Source: Burkholderiaceae bacterium (lineage in GTDB: Bacteria; Pseudomonadota; Gammaproteobacteria; Burkholderiales; Burkholderiaceae_F). From it: a stretch of DNA of 64,000 nucleotides. The stretch is taken from the NCBI GenBank assembly GCA_035625725.1, contig DASPPB010000014.1, positions 3,672-67,671 of the forward strand. The letters are read 5' to 3'. The first letter of the stretch is position 1. Each line of letters opens with the position of its first letter. The notes under the pieces are model-generated. The model worked only from the letters and a program-made list of their open reading frames with translations. It was not told the origin of the DNA and made no database searches. Shown here in pieces: positions 63,266 to 64,000 of this stretch. A program made the position numbers and the translations under genes.

Positions 63266-64000
63266 ATGGAATACAGCACGCTCATCGTCGAGGTGGCCGA
63301 CGGGGTCGCCACGATCACGCTCAACCGGCCGGACCGCGCCAACGCGATGGAAGAAGCGATGTGGCATGAGCTGCGCGCGGCGATGCGGTGGGCCGACGCA
63401 ACAGCGCAGGTGCGCTGCGTGGTGCTGCGAGGCGCCGGACGGCATTTCACGAGCGGCATCGATCTGGCCATGCTGGCGGGCCTGGAAGGGCGCATCCGCG
63501 ACGAGGACGCGGCGCGCGCTCGCGAGAAGCTACGCCTGCTGGTGCTCGACCTCCAGGACTGCCTGACTTCGGTCGAGCGTAACCGCAAACCGGTGCTGGC
63601 AGCGGTACACGGCGCCTGCATCGGGGGCGGCGTCGATCTGATCACGGCATGCGATGTTCGCTATTGCGCGGCGGGTGCGCGCTTTTGCGTGCGCGAGATC
63701 GACGTGGGGATGACGGCCGACGTCGGCACGCTCCAGCGGCTCCCCCGCCTGGTCGGGGAGGGCATGGCGCGCGAACTGGCGTATACGGGACGAAGCTTCG
63801 AGGCTCCCGAGGCGCTGGCAATGCGCCTGGTCAATCGGATCTTTGAATCCCCCGAGGCTCTGTTCGCGGGCGTGCACGAGATCGCGCGCACGATTGCGGC
63901 AAAGTCGCCGCTGGCGATCCGCGGGACCAAGGAGATGATCACGTACGCCCGCGATCATTCCGTCGCCGACGGCCTAAATTACGTTGCGACCTGGAATGCG
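63266..64000 (+). CDS. enoyl-CoA hydratase/isomerase (crotonase) family protein, 3' end outside window
   Basis: GGGAGGAG SD, then ATG 63266. MEYSTLIVEVADGVATITLNRPDRANAM ... VLRGAGRHFTSGIDL ... AAVHGACIGGGVDLITACDVRY is a crotonase fold, dienoyl-CoA-isomerase-like. It is not in the ORF track because no stop lies in the window. Confidence 0.85.
   Translation, partial: MEYSTLIVEVADGVATITLNRPDRANAMEEAMWHELRAAMRWADATAQVRCVVLRGAGRHFTSGIDLAMLAGLEGRIRDEDAARAREKLRLLVLDLQDCLTSVERNRKPVLAAVHGACIGGGVDLITACDVRYCAAGARFCVREIDVGMTADVGTLQRLPRLVGEGMARELAYTGRSFEAPEALAMRLVNRIFESPEALFAGVHEIARTIAAKSPLAIRGTKEMITYARDHSVADGLNYVATWNA

Noticed and set aside
1-64000. Search by eye for CRISPR arrays, tRNA/rRNA/tmRNA genes, IS elements, integrases, phage genes, toxin-antitoxin pairs and known defence-system hallmarks
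   Set aside because: I found no spaced direct-repeat arrays, no cloverleaf-compatible sequences and no transposase, integrase, terminase or capsid-like ORFs. This was a visual scan only. tRNAscan/Infernal, ISfinder and defence-system HMM scans would be decisive.

Overview
This is a high-GC chromosomal segment, roughly mid-60s % GC by eye (not computed). Its gene order looks betaproteobacterial and Burkholderiales-like: fmdB-DUF502-aspS-EEP-clsB, cbiX-tauE-cysI-DUF934-cysH-cysD-cysN, mrdA-rodA-rlpA, and rsmI divergent from dolP. The taxon call is an inference from synteny only.

I can support about 57 protein-coding genes. One is a 49-codon ccoS that is too short for the ORF track. Two are partial genes at the window edges: the lipA 3' end and an enoyl-CoA hydratase 5' end. 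I found no rRNA, tRNA, CRISPR array, transposase, integrase or phage structural gene.

Roughly 1-43 kb is tightly packed housekeeping:
- an ABC-2 exporter and a LemA/M48 pair
- ccoI-ccoS
- cell-wall elongation genes
- an APS-type sulfate assimilation operon
- ssb, kup and aspS
- lipid-modification genes, a SWIB protein, an HNH endonuclease, CYTH-CHAD and a Pat-like acetyltransferase

From about 44 to 57 kb, genes are loosely spaced and GC looks lower. There are 0.4-0.8 kb non-coding gaps around a lone hemerythrin gene, plus degraded-looking ORFs and stress or envelope accessory genes: DUF302, a Cys-containing secreted protein, an RclA-like flavoprotein, patatin, cstA-ybdD, a signal-peptide YqgE/AlgH and PagL. 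The right end carries MFS-pxpBCA, ArsR-DUF899 and a crotonase.

No known defence or mobile system hallmark is present, and I cannot point to one clear-cut novel system. The best candidates for undescribed biology are:
- the translationally coupled LOG / beta-CASP MBL gene pair
- the gene-sparse 44.4-48.9 kb zone, which has an orphan intrinsic terminator and a frameshifted small ORF
- the DUF302 / Cys-protein / RclA-like / patatin string
- a strongly codon-biased ORF with no ATG downstream of a secreted YqgE/AlgH next to PagL
- a histone-H1-like SWIB protein
- a solitary HNH endonuclease back-to-back with CYTH-CHAD

All family calls come from motif and pattern recognition, not from database searches.
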